A stretch of 64,000 nucleotides of DNA from Thermoplasmatota archaeon (GTDB lineage Archaea > Thermoplasmatota > Penumbrarchaeia > Penumbrarchaeales > Penumbrarchaeaceae): contig CBDDUX010000026.1 of the NCBI GenBank assembly GCA_965234725.1, positions 53,223 to 117,222 of the forward strand. The letters run 5' to 3'. A model generated the notes under the pieces. It saw only the letters and a list, made by a program, of their open reading frames with translations. It did not search any database and had not been told where the DNA came from. Each line of letters starts with the position of its first letter. Position 1 is the stretch's first letter. The position numbers and the translations under genes are program-made. Below are positions 20,859 to 31,113 of the stretch, piece by piece.

Positions 20859-21718
20859 GAAAACTACTGAAAATGGATAACAACGGTGACGCTGTCATGG
20901 TTACCGCTGTACTTTTGATGTCGCTATTTCTCTCTGCAGGTTCACAGCTTCTGATATCATACGGGGAGGACCTTGGAAAAGACAATGACCGGGAGCATAT
21001 GACAGATGTTGAGGAATCGATGCTAAGGCTTCGGACCTCCATGAAATCCCTTCTGAAAGCAGAGGATACCGATACGTTGATGGTTAACAGATTCACACTC
21101 GGAACTATGGGTAATCCATATTTGGCGGTTGCCCGGTCATCGGGAACTCTCACACATACAAATGATCCTTCGGATTTCCATATGGAAGTAGTGATCGAAG
21201 ATGGAGGTTCGGAGGATGTCCTCAATACGGTGAGTGGTGCCCTGATCTTTGAATCAAATAATTACTACTATCATGACCAGGACCTGACAATTATTTCAGG
21301 CGGTGTTATCAAGGAACAACACGGTTTCGAGACGATGTCGTCCTATCCTGACTTATCAATATCGCATACAATCAGTGGATATTCATTGGATATGTTTCTA
21401 TTCGGTATGGCAGGAGATTACTGGAAGGTTTCCGGGATAGAATCATTGATCCTGTCGGTTTCAATGATAGGTTATTCCCAGATAGACAGGATAATGGGAC
21501 CTGGAGAGGTTCTATCAGTAAGGATAAACGGCATGGGGGAGAGATCATGGTACGAGATGATGGAAGGGACCTTCCAGACCTTCGGTCTTATCTCGGGTGT
21601 GGATTATCAGATAAACGTCCCGGTCGATTGGGACGATGCAGGTCAGGAACTTGAAGTGGAATTTCTGACACTTGAATCACTATCAGCAAGAATTTGTGAA
21701 ATGGAGGTGACATTATGA
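20855..21718 (+). CDS. Archaeal pilin-like protein (class III signal peptide-like)
   Basis: DA|VMVTAVLLMSLFLS hydrophobic N-terminus, amphipathic helix, NYYYHDQ...GGVI motif; start overlaps the upstream stop. Confidence 0.7.
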   Translation: MRKLLKMDNNGDAVMVTAVLLMSLFLSAGSQLLISYGEDLGKDNDREHMTDVEESMLRLRTSMKSLLKAEDTDTLMVNRFTLGTMGNPYLAVARSSGTLTHTNDPSDFHMEVVIEDGGSEDVLNTVSGALIFESNNYYYHDQDLTIISGGVIKEQHGFETMSSYPDLSISHTISGYSLDMFLFGMAGDYWKVSGIESLILSVSMIGYSQIDRIMGPGEVLSVRINGMGERSWYEMMEGTFQTFGLISGVDYQINVPVDWDDAGQELEVEFLTLESLSARICEMEVTL

Positions 21719-22545
21719 AACTGACAAGGTCCAGGAACGATGAAGGTGTAACAAACGTGGTTTCATTGATAATGATAGCAGCAATAATCGTCTCCTTCAT
21801 GGGAATGGTCTTCACAACATATCTACCTGCATGGGGAAAGGATATCGAGGTACAGACCCTGAACGATGTGATGGATTCCTTCATGGACCTTAAGTCTGGA
21901 ATGGATACATTATCAGTTGGTGGAGATCAGGGAACCTCCATAACAACAAAGTTTGCACTCGGGTCCGAGGGTGGACCCATGTTCGGTTTCGGAAGGATGA
22001 CAGGATCCATAACCCTTGACAATGAAGGGGGAGAAATGTCAGTCAGCGACGCAACAACGACCTATGCTCAGACAAGAGGAACCCTCAGTTACAGCTCATA
22101 TAATGTCTATGTGGAAGAACAGGACATCATACTCGAAGGTGGGGCCATCTTCAGGGACCAGGCTGTATCATCTGTTGTCAAAGGCCCACCGAACTTACTT
22201 GTCGACAGGGACTCGGCAACTGGTAGCATTAAATTGTATATTCTCCTCCAGAACCTTCAAGGAACCGAGATCGGATTTGCAGGCACGGGAAGCTACATGG
22301 TGAAGACAAGCCTCCTTACAGCTGAATTCTCAGAATATTCTCTCGGCGGAGTTGATGTGACCATAGAGATCGCAACAGAACACGATGGACTATGGCAGGA
22401 TATTGTAGATGATATGATGACAGAACAGGGAATACCGGGAACTGATTATTCCACCTCGTATGCAGGAGGAGTATTCTCATTCACGATAGATAATGTTGAT
22501 AATATGTCCATAAGAACGTCATTCTTCAAGATAGGAGTGACCTAG
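21715..22545 (+). CDS. Archaeal pilin-like protein (class III signal peptide)
   Basis: RNDEG|VTNVVSLIMIAAIIV...YLPAW...E; Q.IILEGGA motif; GGAGGTGA RBS; ATGA overlap with the previous gene. Confidence 0.75.
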   Translation: MKLTRSRNDEGVTNVVSLIMIAAIIVSFMGMVFTTYLPAWGKDIEVQTLNDVMDSFMDLKSGMDTLSVGGDQGTSITTKFALGSEGGPMFGFGRMTGSITLDNEGGEMSVSDATTTYAQTRGTLSYSSYNVYVEEQDIILEGGAIFRDQAVSSVVKGPPNLLVDRDSATGSIKLYILLQNLQGTEIGFAGTGSYMVKTSLLTAEFSEYSLGGVDVTIEIATEHDGLWQDIVDDMMTEQGIPGTDYSTSYAGGVFSFTIDNVDNMSIRTSFFKIGVT

Positions 22546-22604
22546 GCAAGATGTATCTATTCAAAATTGAATTTCATACTAAGCATTTCATTTAATATGT
22601 AATT

Positions 22605-23621
22605 TCATACTAAGTAAAGTTCTCCTTCTATCAAAGCGCCTTTGATGGTCTCACCTTCGATGGTCCTGTTCTTTAGAAGGAGCTCAACGGTCCTCATGGT
22701 GCTTGGATGGAGCACCTGAACCTCATTTCCAATGTTGGAAACCACCACGAGATCGCACTCTACCTCGTCCTTTTTCATCTTTCTCAGAGACATTGCTATT
22801 GTGGGGTCCATTGTCTCTTCCCTGTGTCCCTTCAGTGACCTTACAGTCACCCTTCTGGACATCTTTACAACCTTCAATGGTTCTCCCTCCCTGATGAGGT
22901 AATCTCCTACAAGGAAACCCGGAAGCCTGACCAGGTAGGTATGTCTGTAGATATCCCGGCCTTCCCTTCTTCCGAACAGGGAGGCTGACCATTTGTAATC
23001 ACCACCGTAGATCTCATATAGCTTCATTGACAGCTGTTTTGCGAAGGAGTTCTCACCCATGTAGAAATCATAACCCCCTCTTACCTTCTCTTCCTTGGTG
23101 ATGAACACATTCGGGTCCATGAGGGACATCTGGTCCGTTGAATCCCTAACCCTGTCCAGGAGGTCCTCGATCTCCTGGTCAGTGAGGCCTTCCAAGCCTC
23201 TCAACTGTATGATGGCTTCAAAGTAGTTACCGCTCTGTTTCGAGCAAAAAGGACATTGGGAAAGGGATATCCTCACCTCTGTGGCTATGTCTTTTTTGAT
23301 CACAATTCCCCTGTATGTGGATTCGGTGTTACCCGATATCCGGAACAGTGTATTGTCGAAATGGTCAACGGAGAGTTCGGTCTTATGGTTCTTGATATCA
23401 TCCAAGACATGGATGGAAGAAAATGCGACCTTGCAGGCTGCATTGGAGAGGTCACCCGGACATTCCTCCCAGGAATGACCCCTGAGTATACGGTTGCAGG
23501 TTGGACATACGGTCCCATGGATCACAGGGTCAAGGCTGATAGGGTTCACAGTCTCCAGAATGCACTCTTCACATAGGTTGTCAGCAAACTGCTCCCTGAT
23601 CCCACATCTTAGACAAAGCAT
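22605..23621 (-). CDS. nmd3: NMD3 family ribosome maturation protein
   Basis: CxxC zinc knuckles; CPFCSKQSGNYFEAIIQLR; GGYDFY; GREGRDIYR. Confidence 0.92.
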   Translation of the reverse strand: MLCLRCGIREQFADNLCEECILETVNPISLDPVIHGTVCPTCNRILRGHSWEECPGDLSNAACKVAFSSIHVLDDIKNHKTELSVDHFDNTLFRISGNTESTYRGIVIKKDIATEVRISLSQCPFCSKQSGNYFEAIIQLRGLEGLTDQEIEDLLDRVRDSTDQMSLMDPNVFITKEEKVRGGYDFYMGENSFAKQLSMKLYEIYGGDYKWSASLFGRREGRDIYRHTYLVRLPGFLVGDYLIREGEPLKVVKMSRRVTVRSLKGHREETMDPTIAMSLRKMKKDEVECDLVVVSNIGNEVQVLHPSTMRTVELLLKNRTIEGETIKGALIEGELYLV

Positions 23622-23656
23622 CTAGCCTGACTCTACGAAATGATACTAAAATGCTT

Positions 23657-23881
23657 TCATTCTTCCTTGTCCCTGATGAGCCCGATGGACCTGTGGTCGG
23701 TCAGGGAGGGTCTGGATAAAATGGAATCAGAGTTGAGGTCCCTCAATGGGAACATATGGCAGGCTGTGCAGGACGTCCCGTCGCATAGACCCTGGACCTT
23801 TCCGCACCAGAGGCTCTTGACCAGCCTGTCTCTTTGAAGGGGATCATCGAACTCTGGCCGGCGCTTCTTGATCTCATCCAT
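23657..23881 (-). CDS. Small cysteine-cluster protein (C-x6-C-x4-C-x2-C)
   Basis: 74-aa ORF between ahcY and nmd3; TTTTATAT-like box on the minus strand at ~23922-23929. Confidence 0.5.
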   Translation of the reverse strand: MDEIKKRRPEFDDPLQRDRLVKSLWCGKVQGLCDGTSCTACHMFPLRDLNSDSILSRPSLTDHRSIGLIRDKEE

Positions 23882-23969
23882 AGAAATAACACCCTGGAAT
23901 ATTTTAGTAAAGGACAGAACCGATATAAAATAATTAACCTGGGTAATCTGAATAATCCAAATGTGACCA

Positions 23970-25229
23970 TCAGGTCCCTTCTTCCCACGATGAGAGATAT
24001 CTTCTCTGTTCTTCCGTCAGAACATCCAGTGTGGAACCCATTGTCTTTAGCTTTATCTGGGCTATCCGTTCATCAAGCTCTCTGGGAAAAGATATGACAC
24101 CTGGTTGAAGACCACCCTTGGCGATGATCTCCGCTCCTGACATCTGGATTGCGAATGACATGTCCATGATCTCCACCGGGTGACCCTGACCGGATGCGAG
24201 GTTCACAAGTCTTCCCTCGCTGAGCAGATGTATTTTTTTCCCCGAGATAACAAAGGATTCCACATGTTCCCTAGTCCTGGTGTAGGGATAATTTCTAAGG
24301 TATTCTACATCGATCTCGTTGTCGAAATGTCCTGCGTTGGCCAGAGTACAGCCATCCTTCAATTTGCCTATCACGTCCCTATCAATGACATCCTTGCAAC
24401 CTGTCGCTGTCACTACCATGTCAGCATAGGGGGCAGCTTCCTTCATCGACCGGACCTCGAATCCATCGTGGGCGGCCTCAACTGCCTTGACCGGATCTAT
24501 CTCTGTAATCGTGACTATAGCTCCCATCCCTCTCATTCTCATGGCAATACCTCTCCCACACCACCCGTATCCTGCGACGATAACTCTCCTACCTGCAATC
24601 GTCAGGTTCGTGGCGTTCAGTATCCCATCCATTGTGGACTGTCCGGTTCCGTACCTGTTATCGAAGAAATGCTTCATCGCACAATCGTTGACATTCATTA
24701 CCGGGATCTCCAGCTTCCCCTCCTTTTCCATGGCCTTCAACCTGATCACACCGGTGGTGGTCTCCTCACAACCTCCGAGGACATCTCCGATCAATTCTCT
24801 CCTTTCCGTATGCAGGAGCTTAACGAGATCACCGCCATCGTCTATCAGGATTTCCGGCCTCATGTCAAAGGCCCAGTTCAAAGCGTGGTAGTAATCTTCT
24901 TTTGACTCTCCGTGTCTCGCTCTTACTTCGACCCCCCTCTCCATCAAGGCCAGGGAAACGCTGTCATCCGTTGAAAGAGGGTTGCAGGATGTCAACCTCA
25001 CTATAGCACCCGCATCCATCAAGGAGAGGGCAAGCACACCTGTCTTCGCTTCTGTGTGGAGGGACATCGCTATTCTTTTTCCCTTAAGCGTGGCATTCTC
25101 TTTGATCTCTTTCTTTAAGGTCGAAAGGACAGGCATGAAGGACAAGGCCCAATCCAGTCTTCTGCTTCCTTTCTCGATCAGCGATCCCCTCTCTTCAGAT
25201 GAGAGGTCCTCGAAAAGCAAAGGTTCCAT
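23970..25229 (-). CDS. ahcY: Adenosylhomocysteinase
   Basis: SCNPLST, EETTTG, KHFFDNRYGTGQS, GYGWCGRG, NAGHF, GRLVNL..GHP motifs. Confidence 0.97.
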   Translation of the reverse strand: MEPLLFEDLSSEERGSLIEKGSRRLDWALSFMPVLSTLKKEIKENATLKGKRIAMSLHTEAKTGVLALSLMDAGAIVRLTSCNPLSTDDSVSLALMERGVEVRARHGESKEDYYHALNWAFDMRPEILIDDGGDLVKLLHTERRELIGDVLGGCEETTTGVIRLKAMEKEGKLEIPVMNVNDCAMKHFFDNRYGTGQSTMDGILNATNLTIAGRRVIVAGYGWCGRGIAMRMRGMGAIVTITEIDPVKAVEAAHDGFEVRSMKEAAPYADMVVTATGCKDVIDRDVIGKLKDGCTLANAGHFDNEIDVEYLRNYPYTRTREHVESFVISGKKIHLLSEGRLVNLASGQGHPVEIMDMSFAIQMSGAEIIAKGGLQPGVISFPRELDERIAQIKLKTMGSTLDVLTEEQRRYLSSWEEGT

Positions 25230-25233
25230 GATA

Positions 25234-26397
25234 TCACAGCCCTGCCAGGTCTCTCAGCTCCCCTGCCCTGTCTGTCCTTTCCCAGCTGAAACCATCCCTT
25301 CCGAAATGGCCGTAGGCTGCAGTTTCTCTATATATGGGTCTAAGGAGGTCAAGTTCCTTGATTATCGAGATCGGTCTGAGATCGAAGTTCTCCTGGATCA
25401 AGGTTTCAATGGTCTCTTCAGGTACCACAGATGTCCCGTAAGTATCCACCATGAGTGATACAGGTTCGGCCACTCCAATGGCATAGGCTATCTGCACCTC
25501 GGCACTTTCCGAAAGACCCGCAGCAACTATGTTCTTTGCAATATATCTGGCCATATAGGACCCGGACCTGTCCACCTTGGATGGGTCCTTTCCAGAGAAC
25601 GCTCCTCCTCCATGTGATCCTACTCCGCCGTATGTATCCACTATGATCTTCCTACCCGTAAGACCGGTATCCGCTTGAGGTCCGCCTATGATGAAGGAAC
25701 CTGTTTCATTTACATGGAAATTAGTATCATCTCTCAACATCTCATCTGGTATCGAGGGACTGATGACCTTTTCAATGATATCATCTTTAATGGTCCTGTG
25801 GTCCACACCTTCCCTGTGTTGGGAGGCTACCACAACCGCTGTAACGGAGATGGGTTTCCTATTGAGATAGTCCACTGTCACCTGGGATTTACCGTCCGGC
25901 CCGATGTAATCTATAATTCCCTTCTTCCTTACCTCTGCAAGTCTTTTTGTGATCCTGTGTGCGAATAGAAGTGTGGATGGGATCATCTCCTTTGTTTCAT
26001 TGGTTGCATATCCGAACATCAAACCCTGGTCGCCAGCTCCCTGTTCATGATGGAGTCCCTCACCTGTTACACCCTGTCGAATATCATTTGATTGTTCATG
26101 GATGGATGTAAGGACCGCGCAGGATTTATAATCGAATCCCAGGGCGGGATCATCGTATCCGATCTCCTTCACGGTATCTGTAACAACTTTACGTACATCC
26201 ACATAGGCAGTTGTAGAGATCTCTCCTGCCACAAGTGCCAATGAGGAGGTGAGAAGTGTCTCGCATGCCACTTTTCCAAGAGGGTCCTGTTCCAGGACAT
26301 CATCCAGTATGGCATCCGATATCTGGTCCGCCATTTTATCAGGATGGCCCTCAGTTACCGATTCCGAGGTGAACCTGTAGGGACGGCTTCTTATCAT
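25234..26397 (-). CDS. metK: S-adenosylmethionine synthetase, bacterial/eukaryotic type
   Basis: [58 protein letters not shown] 26397 is the likely start (the track starts at 26442). Confidence 0.96.
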   Translation of the reverse strand: MIRSRPYRFTSESVTEGHPDKMADQISDAILDDVLEQDPLGKVACETLLTSSLALVAGEISTTAYVDVRKVVTDTVKEIGYDDPALGFDYKSCAVLTSIHEQSNDIRQGVTGEGLHHEQGAGDQGLMFGYATNETKEMIPSTLLFAHRITKRLAEVRKKGIIDYIGPDGKSQVTVDYLNRKPISVTAVVVASQHREGVDHRTIKDDIIEKVISPSIPDEMLRDDTNFHVNETGSFIIGGPQADTGLTGRKIIVDTYGGVGSHGGGAFSGKDPSKVDRSGSYMARYIAKNIVAAGLSESAEVQIAYAIGVAEPVSLMVDTYGTSVVPEETIETLIQENFDLRPISIIKELDLLRPIYRETAAYGHFGRDGFSWERTDRAGELRDLAGL

Positions 26398-26419
26398 GAT
26401 ATCTATAATGGTGTCGAAA

Positions 26420-27334
26420 TCATTTATTTTTCGGTTGAACACGGACCATTTTCATGGGGATCGGGAGGTTGACATACCATATCCTCTCATCATCGAAGGC
26501 TCCGACCTGTATTCTATCCATCCCAATGTTTGCCCTTTGTGATAAGGCCTGACCATATCCGATGAGGTCCCTGAGGGTCATAGGATCATCGATCCTTCCC
26601 TGAGCATATTTGAGGCAGATCACCTTCTCTCCGTCGAACTGGAGTAGGTCCAGGAAACCGAAGGTCTTAAGCTCCTTTCCAAAATTATAGTAAAGGGGAA
26701 GGTTCCTGCAAAGAGACCTATCATCGTTGATCAGGATAGATCTTAGTGGATCCGATTCGTTGTTCTCTTCAGCTATCCTGATCATCCTGGCTTCAGGAGG
26801 CCCTTCTTTGAACTCCCTTTTCTGAAACAGTTCCAAGGACCGGTCCACTATGTTGGTTCCGATGGGTTCTCCGGTCAGGTTGGATTGCTCGATCCCCCTG
26901 TAAGCCCTGTAGATATAATCGGATAGGGATCCCAGATCCTCAGGAAGTGAGGATACTTTCGTACGATGTAAAGAGAAGATGTGTTTCAGGTATACCTTTG
27001 GCATCAACGGAAGCCTGGGTTCATTTCTCTTCCTTATCCTTAGGTATGTGAATATATCAGAATAATTGTTCTTCCAGTAGTGAATAGTGTTCCTTGGAAC
27101 CCTTTCATTGAAGGTTCGCAGGAGCATCTGGGACACTTGACCGAGTGAGTAACCCTGATTATAGAGGGACAATCCGCGAAGTACAAGAACGGACCTTGCA
27201 TTCATATGTGGAAGGGATGCCTTTGAAAAGACCCTTTGACAGTCTCTGCACAGATATATCTGGACAGGACCTTTCTTGGTCCTCCTATTGCCGTGCTTGA
27301 TAACATTTGTTCCCGTGCAGTAATTGCAATTCAA
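26420..27334 (-). CDS. IS1/InsA-like zinc ribbon + HTH + degenerate PD-(D/E)xK-like domain protein
   Basis: CNYC...IKHG.R...[23 protein letters not shown]...[10 protein letters not shown]-terminal GFLDLLQ...ICLKY. Start uncertain: TTG 27334 chosen because the track start overlaps the divergent gene. Confidence 0.65.
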   Translation of the reverse strand: MNCNYCTGTNVIKHGNRRTKKGPVQIYLCRDCQRVFSKASLPHMNARSVLVLRGLSLYNQGYSLGQVSQMLLRTFNERVPRNTIHYWKNNYSDIFTYLRIRKRNEPRLPLMPKVYLKHIFSLHRTKVSSLPEDLGSLSDYIYRAYRGIEQSNLTGEPIGTNIVDRSLELFQKREFKEGPPEARMIRIAEENNESDPLRSILINDDRSLCRNLPLYYNFGKELKTFGFLDLLQFDGEKVICLKYAQGRIDDPMTLRDLIGYGQALSQRANIGMDRIQVGAFDDERIWYVNLPIPMKMVRVQPKNK

Positions 27335-27456
27335 CGGTTCGAATCCTATCTCCGATATGATAAAACCTTCTACCCTGTTATCCCAAATTGGACATTTGTT
27401 CCATTTACGATTGAAATTACTGAAATCTTTTTCTATAGGGTAAGCTTTGGATACCC

Positions 27457-27813
27457 ATGGAAGACCCGACCGAGGTCCGGCCATGGGGTTCCTTCAAGGT
27501 GATCCACGATGGCAGTAAGTTCAAAGTGAAGATAATTGAGGTCCTTCCAGGTAAAAGACTGAGTTATCAGAGGCATAGTAGAAGGGCCGAGAGGTGGACG
27601 GTAGTGTCAGGAGAGGCCAACGTTATCATTGACGGTTCGGAATCGATCCACTCCCCTGGAGATGTTGTCATGATCGGTCTTGGTCAGAAGCACCGCCTCA
27701 TCAACGACCGAACCGAAGTTCTCATACTTGTCGAGGTACAGATCGGTGATTACTTCGGAGAAGATGACATAGAAAGGTTCGAGGACGATTTTGGAAGGGT
27801 AGAACTGGGTTAA
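27457..27813 (+). CDS. Mannose-6-phosphate isomerase type II C-terminal cupin protein
   Basis: RPWG, KVK.I.V.PG.RLSYQ.H..RAE.W, EVQ.G.Y.GEDDIERFEDDFGR. Confidence 0.92.
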   Translation: MEDPTEVRPWGSFKVIHDGSKFKVKIIEVLPGKRLSYQRHSRRAERWTVVSGEANVIIDGSESIHSPGDVVMIGLGQKHRLINDRTEVLILVEVQIGDYFGEDDIERFEDDFGRVELG

Positions 27814-27937
27814 AAATATAAAAGGTTAGGATATTTTCAATCCTGATAAAAAACCTCAAACACTATTTATATTGCACCGGTCGATCGAACTTCGATATCT
27901 AATATGCCGTTTGGCTACCCAGACAGAGGAAGATGAA

Positions 27938-28789
27938 ATGTCCAGGGAGAAACCAAGGATCAAGGTCATCCTGATAGCACAGGATTACGAGATGAGGATA
28001 GCTTCAGATATCCTCCTCCTAACCTATTACATGGATAAGGAGCTTGGAATTGAACCCTGGATAACGATCTTCGATAACGGTTCCAAGGATAGGACAAGTA
28101 TAATTGCAAGGAAACTTGGAGCGACCCTTATCAGGTCCAATGAGAGAAGAATAAAGAAGGATATTGTCGAAGAGGTTATGGCCACTGGTATAAAGAACAA
28201 TATCAACACACTGATAATCATTGACGTCCAGGGTGGGAACACAGCTGATGATGCGATCAGTCTCATGGCAAGGTCCATCGCTGAGGGCGTTCGGTTCGCA
28301 TCCGCATATATAAGACCCGAAAAAGGAATGAGCGGGATCGGATGCTGGGCAATAGACAAGGGAATACTTGTCAAGATCGGGAGGGGGGAGGAGCTGGACA
28401 TTCAGAAAAGGATACTGGAACTCGCTTCCAAACAGGACCTTGAACTTTGGGCGATATCTGAAGAGATCTCTCTTCAGTCCAAGAAGAACAGACGTAAACT
28501 TTTCCAACTTTTCAAGAGGTCACCTGGTGAAGTGATGACCGGTCTTATCAAGTATCATCCGCTTTCGGTCTATGGTCTGACAGGACTGATACTATTATGC
28601 CTGGCATTGTTCAGTGGGTTCTATACAGTGGATTATTTCTACAGCCACAACGAGTTGAACTACTTCCCGGCTTTCATAACCATGGCCCTTGCAATGATTG
28701 GTGGATTTTTCATGGTGGCTGGTCTTTTCCTGAACACATTGAACATACTTGCTGAGAGATTGGAGGCAATGGCCAAGTGGAACGAGTGA
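27938..28789 (+). CDS. Degenerate GT2-fold membrane protein (no canonical DxD), two C-terminal TM helices
   Basis: FDNGSKDRT retained; IDVQGGN where active GT2s have IDGDGQH; HPL..YG followed by 2 TMs. ATG 27938 is the likely start. Confidence 0.7.
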   Translation: MSREKPRIKVILIAQDYEMRIASDILLLTYYMDKELGIEPWITIFDNGSKDRTSIIARKLGATLIRSNERRIKKDIVEEVMATGIKNNINTLIIIDVQGGNTADDAISLMARSIAEGVRFASAYIRPEKGMSGIGCWAIDKGILVKIGRGEELDIQKRILELASKQDLELWAISEEISLQSKKNRRKLFQLFKRSPGEVMTGLIKYHPLSVYGLTGLILLCLALFSGFYTVDYFYSHNELNYFPAFITMALAMIGGFFMVAGLFLNTLNILAERLEAMAKWNE

Positions 28790-29730
28790 GACTGATGGGC
28801 ATAAGGAGAAGGTTGAAGGTCGCGGTCGCGATTCCCGCAAAGAACGAGCAGAGGACAATAGGTACTATCGTTACCATCTCAAGGGAATATGCTGACAAGG
28901 TCGTTGTGATCAATGACGGATCCACGGATAAAACAGCTCTAGTCGCTCTATTGGCCGGTGCCGAAGTATTGTCTCATCGGATCAACAAAGGAAAGGGAGC
29001 TGCCATTGCCACAGCCCTTAAATGGGCCATGAAAGAAGAGATGGATATACTGGTATTCATAGATGGTGACGGTCAGCACGATCCAGGTGCTATCCCGGAT
29101 CTGGTAGGACCTATTGTGAGAGGAGAGACGGACATCACCATCGGATCAAGATGGCATCATGATCAAGGCCTCAAGGAGATGCCAATTCACCGACTCCTCG
29201 GGAATTGGATCCTCAGCACAGCCACATCCCTGTCGCTTTCAAAGATGATAAGAGATTCCCAATCCGGTTTCAGGGCCTTCCATAAAAGGACCTTCCCCGC
29301 TTTCATGCAGTCGATCGAGATGGGATTCGCAGTGGAATCCGAGATGATAGCACTGGCTGACAAGGCAGGTTTCGGATGGAAGGAATTGGGAATAAAAGCT
29401 TCCTATAATGACCTTGATGCCAATACCGAGAGCTCTTGGTATCATGGTCTATCGGTACTTGGAAAGGCACTTAAGGTCATGAGGCTCCAGAAACCAGGGA
29501 GGTTCTTTGGAGCTTTCTCCTTATTATCCTTCCTGATCGTAGTGGCCCTTGCTTTCTATGGAAGGATTTCCCATCCTGATGAGAAGCTCCTTCCCCTTTA
29601 CCTCCTTTACTTGATTTCTTTCTTTATTATTTGCGGTGGATTTTTTATGTTCTCAGCTATAATTGTTTCAGGTATGGACAGGATATCCGAGAGGATATTC
29701 AAATTGATGATATCACTCCTTAAGAGATGA
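28777..29730 (+). CDS. GT2 glycosyltransferase (polyprenyl-phosphate sugar synthase-like)
   Basis: IPAKNE, NDGSTDKT, NKGKG, DGDGQHDP, GSR, DSQSGFRA; two C-terminal TMs. Confidence 0.92.
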   Translation: MERVRLMGIRRRLKVAVAIPAKNEQRTIGTIVTISREYADKVVVINDGSTDKTALVALLAGAEVLSHRINKGKGAAIATALKWAMKEEMDILVFIDGDGQHDPGAIPDLVGPIVRGETDITIGSRWHHDQGLKEMPIHRLLGNWILSTATSLSLSKMIRDSQSGFRAFHKRTFPAFMQSIEMGFAVESEMIALADKAGFGWKELGIKASYNDLDANTESSWYHGLSVLGKALKVMRLQKPGRFFGAFSLLSFLIVVALAFYGRISHPDEKLLPLYLLYLISFFIICGGFFMFSAIIVSGMDRISERIFKLMISLLKR

Positions 29731-29791
29731 TAGTTCAAATAATGATAATGGGTCAATACGCTTTTAATATCGATGATCAGAGTCCCTTTCA

Positions 29792-29974
29792 ATGGAAATG
29801 ATGGTGGAGATCAAGGCATCCGTCCGGTCCTTGGGCTCATGTATTCTCGCTTCCTGTGACAGCTGCAGGTCCTATGGTTTCGGTGATAACGAGTATGAGG
29901 CGGTCCTCAGATTGAAATCAAATATCAATCAGATGTACGGATGTATATTCCCCATGGATAATATCAATATTTAA
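29792..29974 (+). CDS. Small HicB N-terminal-like protein
   Basis: Beta-beta-beta-alpha pattern ILASC...SYGFGDNEYEAVLRL. Confidence 0.5.
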   Translation: MEMMVEIKASVRSLGSCILASCDSCRSYGFGDNEYEAVLRLKSNINQMYGCIFPMDNINI

Positions 29975-30171
29975 TTTTATTATTTAGGGTATTAAGAGTA
30001 TTAGTAAATAATTATAATGAAGCTTTTTATAAACATGTTTTATATTGGATATATACATGTTGAACAATATTTGACCTACTAAAAAGTATATAATATAATA
30101 GTGCAAATATGTAATTTTATATGCATATTTAATCTATGAATCAGTCATTATCACTTTTGATAACAAATGAC

Positions 30172-30179
30172 TTTATATA
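30172..30179 (+). promoter_or_regulatory. Archaeal TATA box upstream of YP-peptide 1
   Basis: TTTATATA, followed by a GGGGGTTGA RBS and ATG 30226. Confidence 0.55.
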
Positions 30180-30225
30180 TGACATGTATGATATATTGAA
30201 TACCCCATCCCCCGGGGGTTGAACT

Positions 30226-30396
30226 ATGACTACAAACAATGTGATATCCCTCAAAGAGGTAGAACTGGAGGTAGACAAGAAGAGCCTCCTAAGGAATTGG
30301 GACTCGATCTCATCGATCGGTAATCCCGCCTTCGAGACCAATTCGAGGGAGATCCTTCTTTTCAGGTATCCCGATAGAAAAATGGAAAGGGCCTGA
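30226..30396 (+). CDS. YP-motif small protein 1 (56 aa, ...NSREILLFRYPDRKMERA)
   Basis: Own translation; TATA box and RBS present; full-length paralog of 33262-33429. Confidence 0.8.
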   Translation: MTTNNVISLKEVELEVDKKSLLRNWDSISSIGNPAFETNSREILLFRYPDRKMERA

Positions 30397-30554
30397 TCAC
30401 AAGAATGGATGAAATCCTCAAATTGGTCGTAGATAGAAAGGTTCAAGAGCAGTTCTATTTAGGATCATTTCAGGTTTAATACTATTAAATATTTAAATTT
30501 GGAAATGTCTTTCAATGTCAGGTTTAATATAACATGTTCAACATATTCTAATTT

Positions 30555-30863
30555 ATGGTGGGTGATAGCAAAGGCTGTAGAACCCCCGTTAAAAAGAAGG
30601 GTTCCAAGGATCCTGATTGTCTTGAGGAGGTCATCGATCGATTCAATAAAGGTATCGATGATGTCGATGAGGCTATAATGGACGAGGATAGTCTGACCAA
30701 TGGTCACGATAAGGTCTCACTCAAGGATTCCATCATCGAGAACCACTTCACCAAACCATCAGATATCGAGAAGGATATCTCTTGGAAAGAAGAGGAGACA
30801 ATACCTATTCACGAACTCGTCATCAGGAATCCGAAGGATCGGGGCCTGAAGAAGAGAAAGTGA
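30555..30863 (+). CDS. Acidic hypothetical protein
   Basis: 102-aa ORF with genome-typical codon usage inside AT-rich spacers. Confidence 0.6.
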   Translation: MVGDSKGCRTPVKKKGSKDPDCLEEVIDRFNKGIDDVDEAIMDEDSLTNGHDKVSLKDSIIENHFTKPSDIEKDISWKEEETIPIHELVIRNPKDRGLKKRK

Positions 30864-30930
30864 TCCATATTCTTATCATTATCGATAATCTGATGAACGG
30901 TATTTTAAGCAAGGTAACCGATGATTACCT

Positions 30931-31113
30931 ATGAGGGCATCTTTGGAGCTTCCTACAAGGATAAGGAAGAAGGGTGATACCTTTATTGCCGAATGTGCTG
31001 AGATGGGTTTACATGAAATTGGAAATACCGAGGAAGAGGCCAGAGAGAGATTGATGATCAAAGCTAGGAAGTTTCTTTTATCATCTATGGTGGAAAATTC
31101 CATACTGACATGA
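30931..31113 (+). CDS. Small HicB N-terminal-like protein
   Basis: IRKKGDTFIAEC.EMGL...GNTEEEARERL matches the HicB-type pattern. Confidence 0.65.
   Translation: MRASLELPTRIRKKGDTFIAECAEMGLHEIGNTEEEARERLMIKARKFLLSSMVENSILT

Noticed and set aside
7853-22303. Many short ORFs nested in the pilin operon
   Set aside because: Overlap long, well-supported genes and have no motifs of their own
30298-30309. WDSI in YP-peptide 1 as an ACP phosphopantetheine site
   Set aside because: The paralog has MDKM at this position and the peptide is too short for an ACP fold
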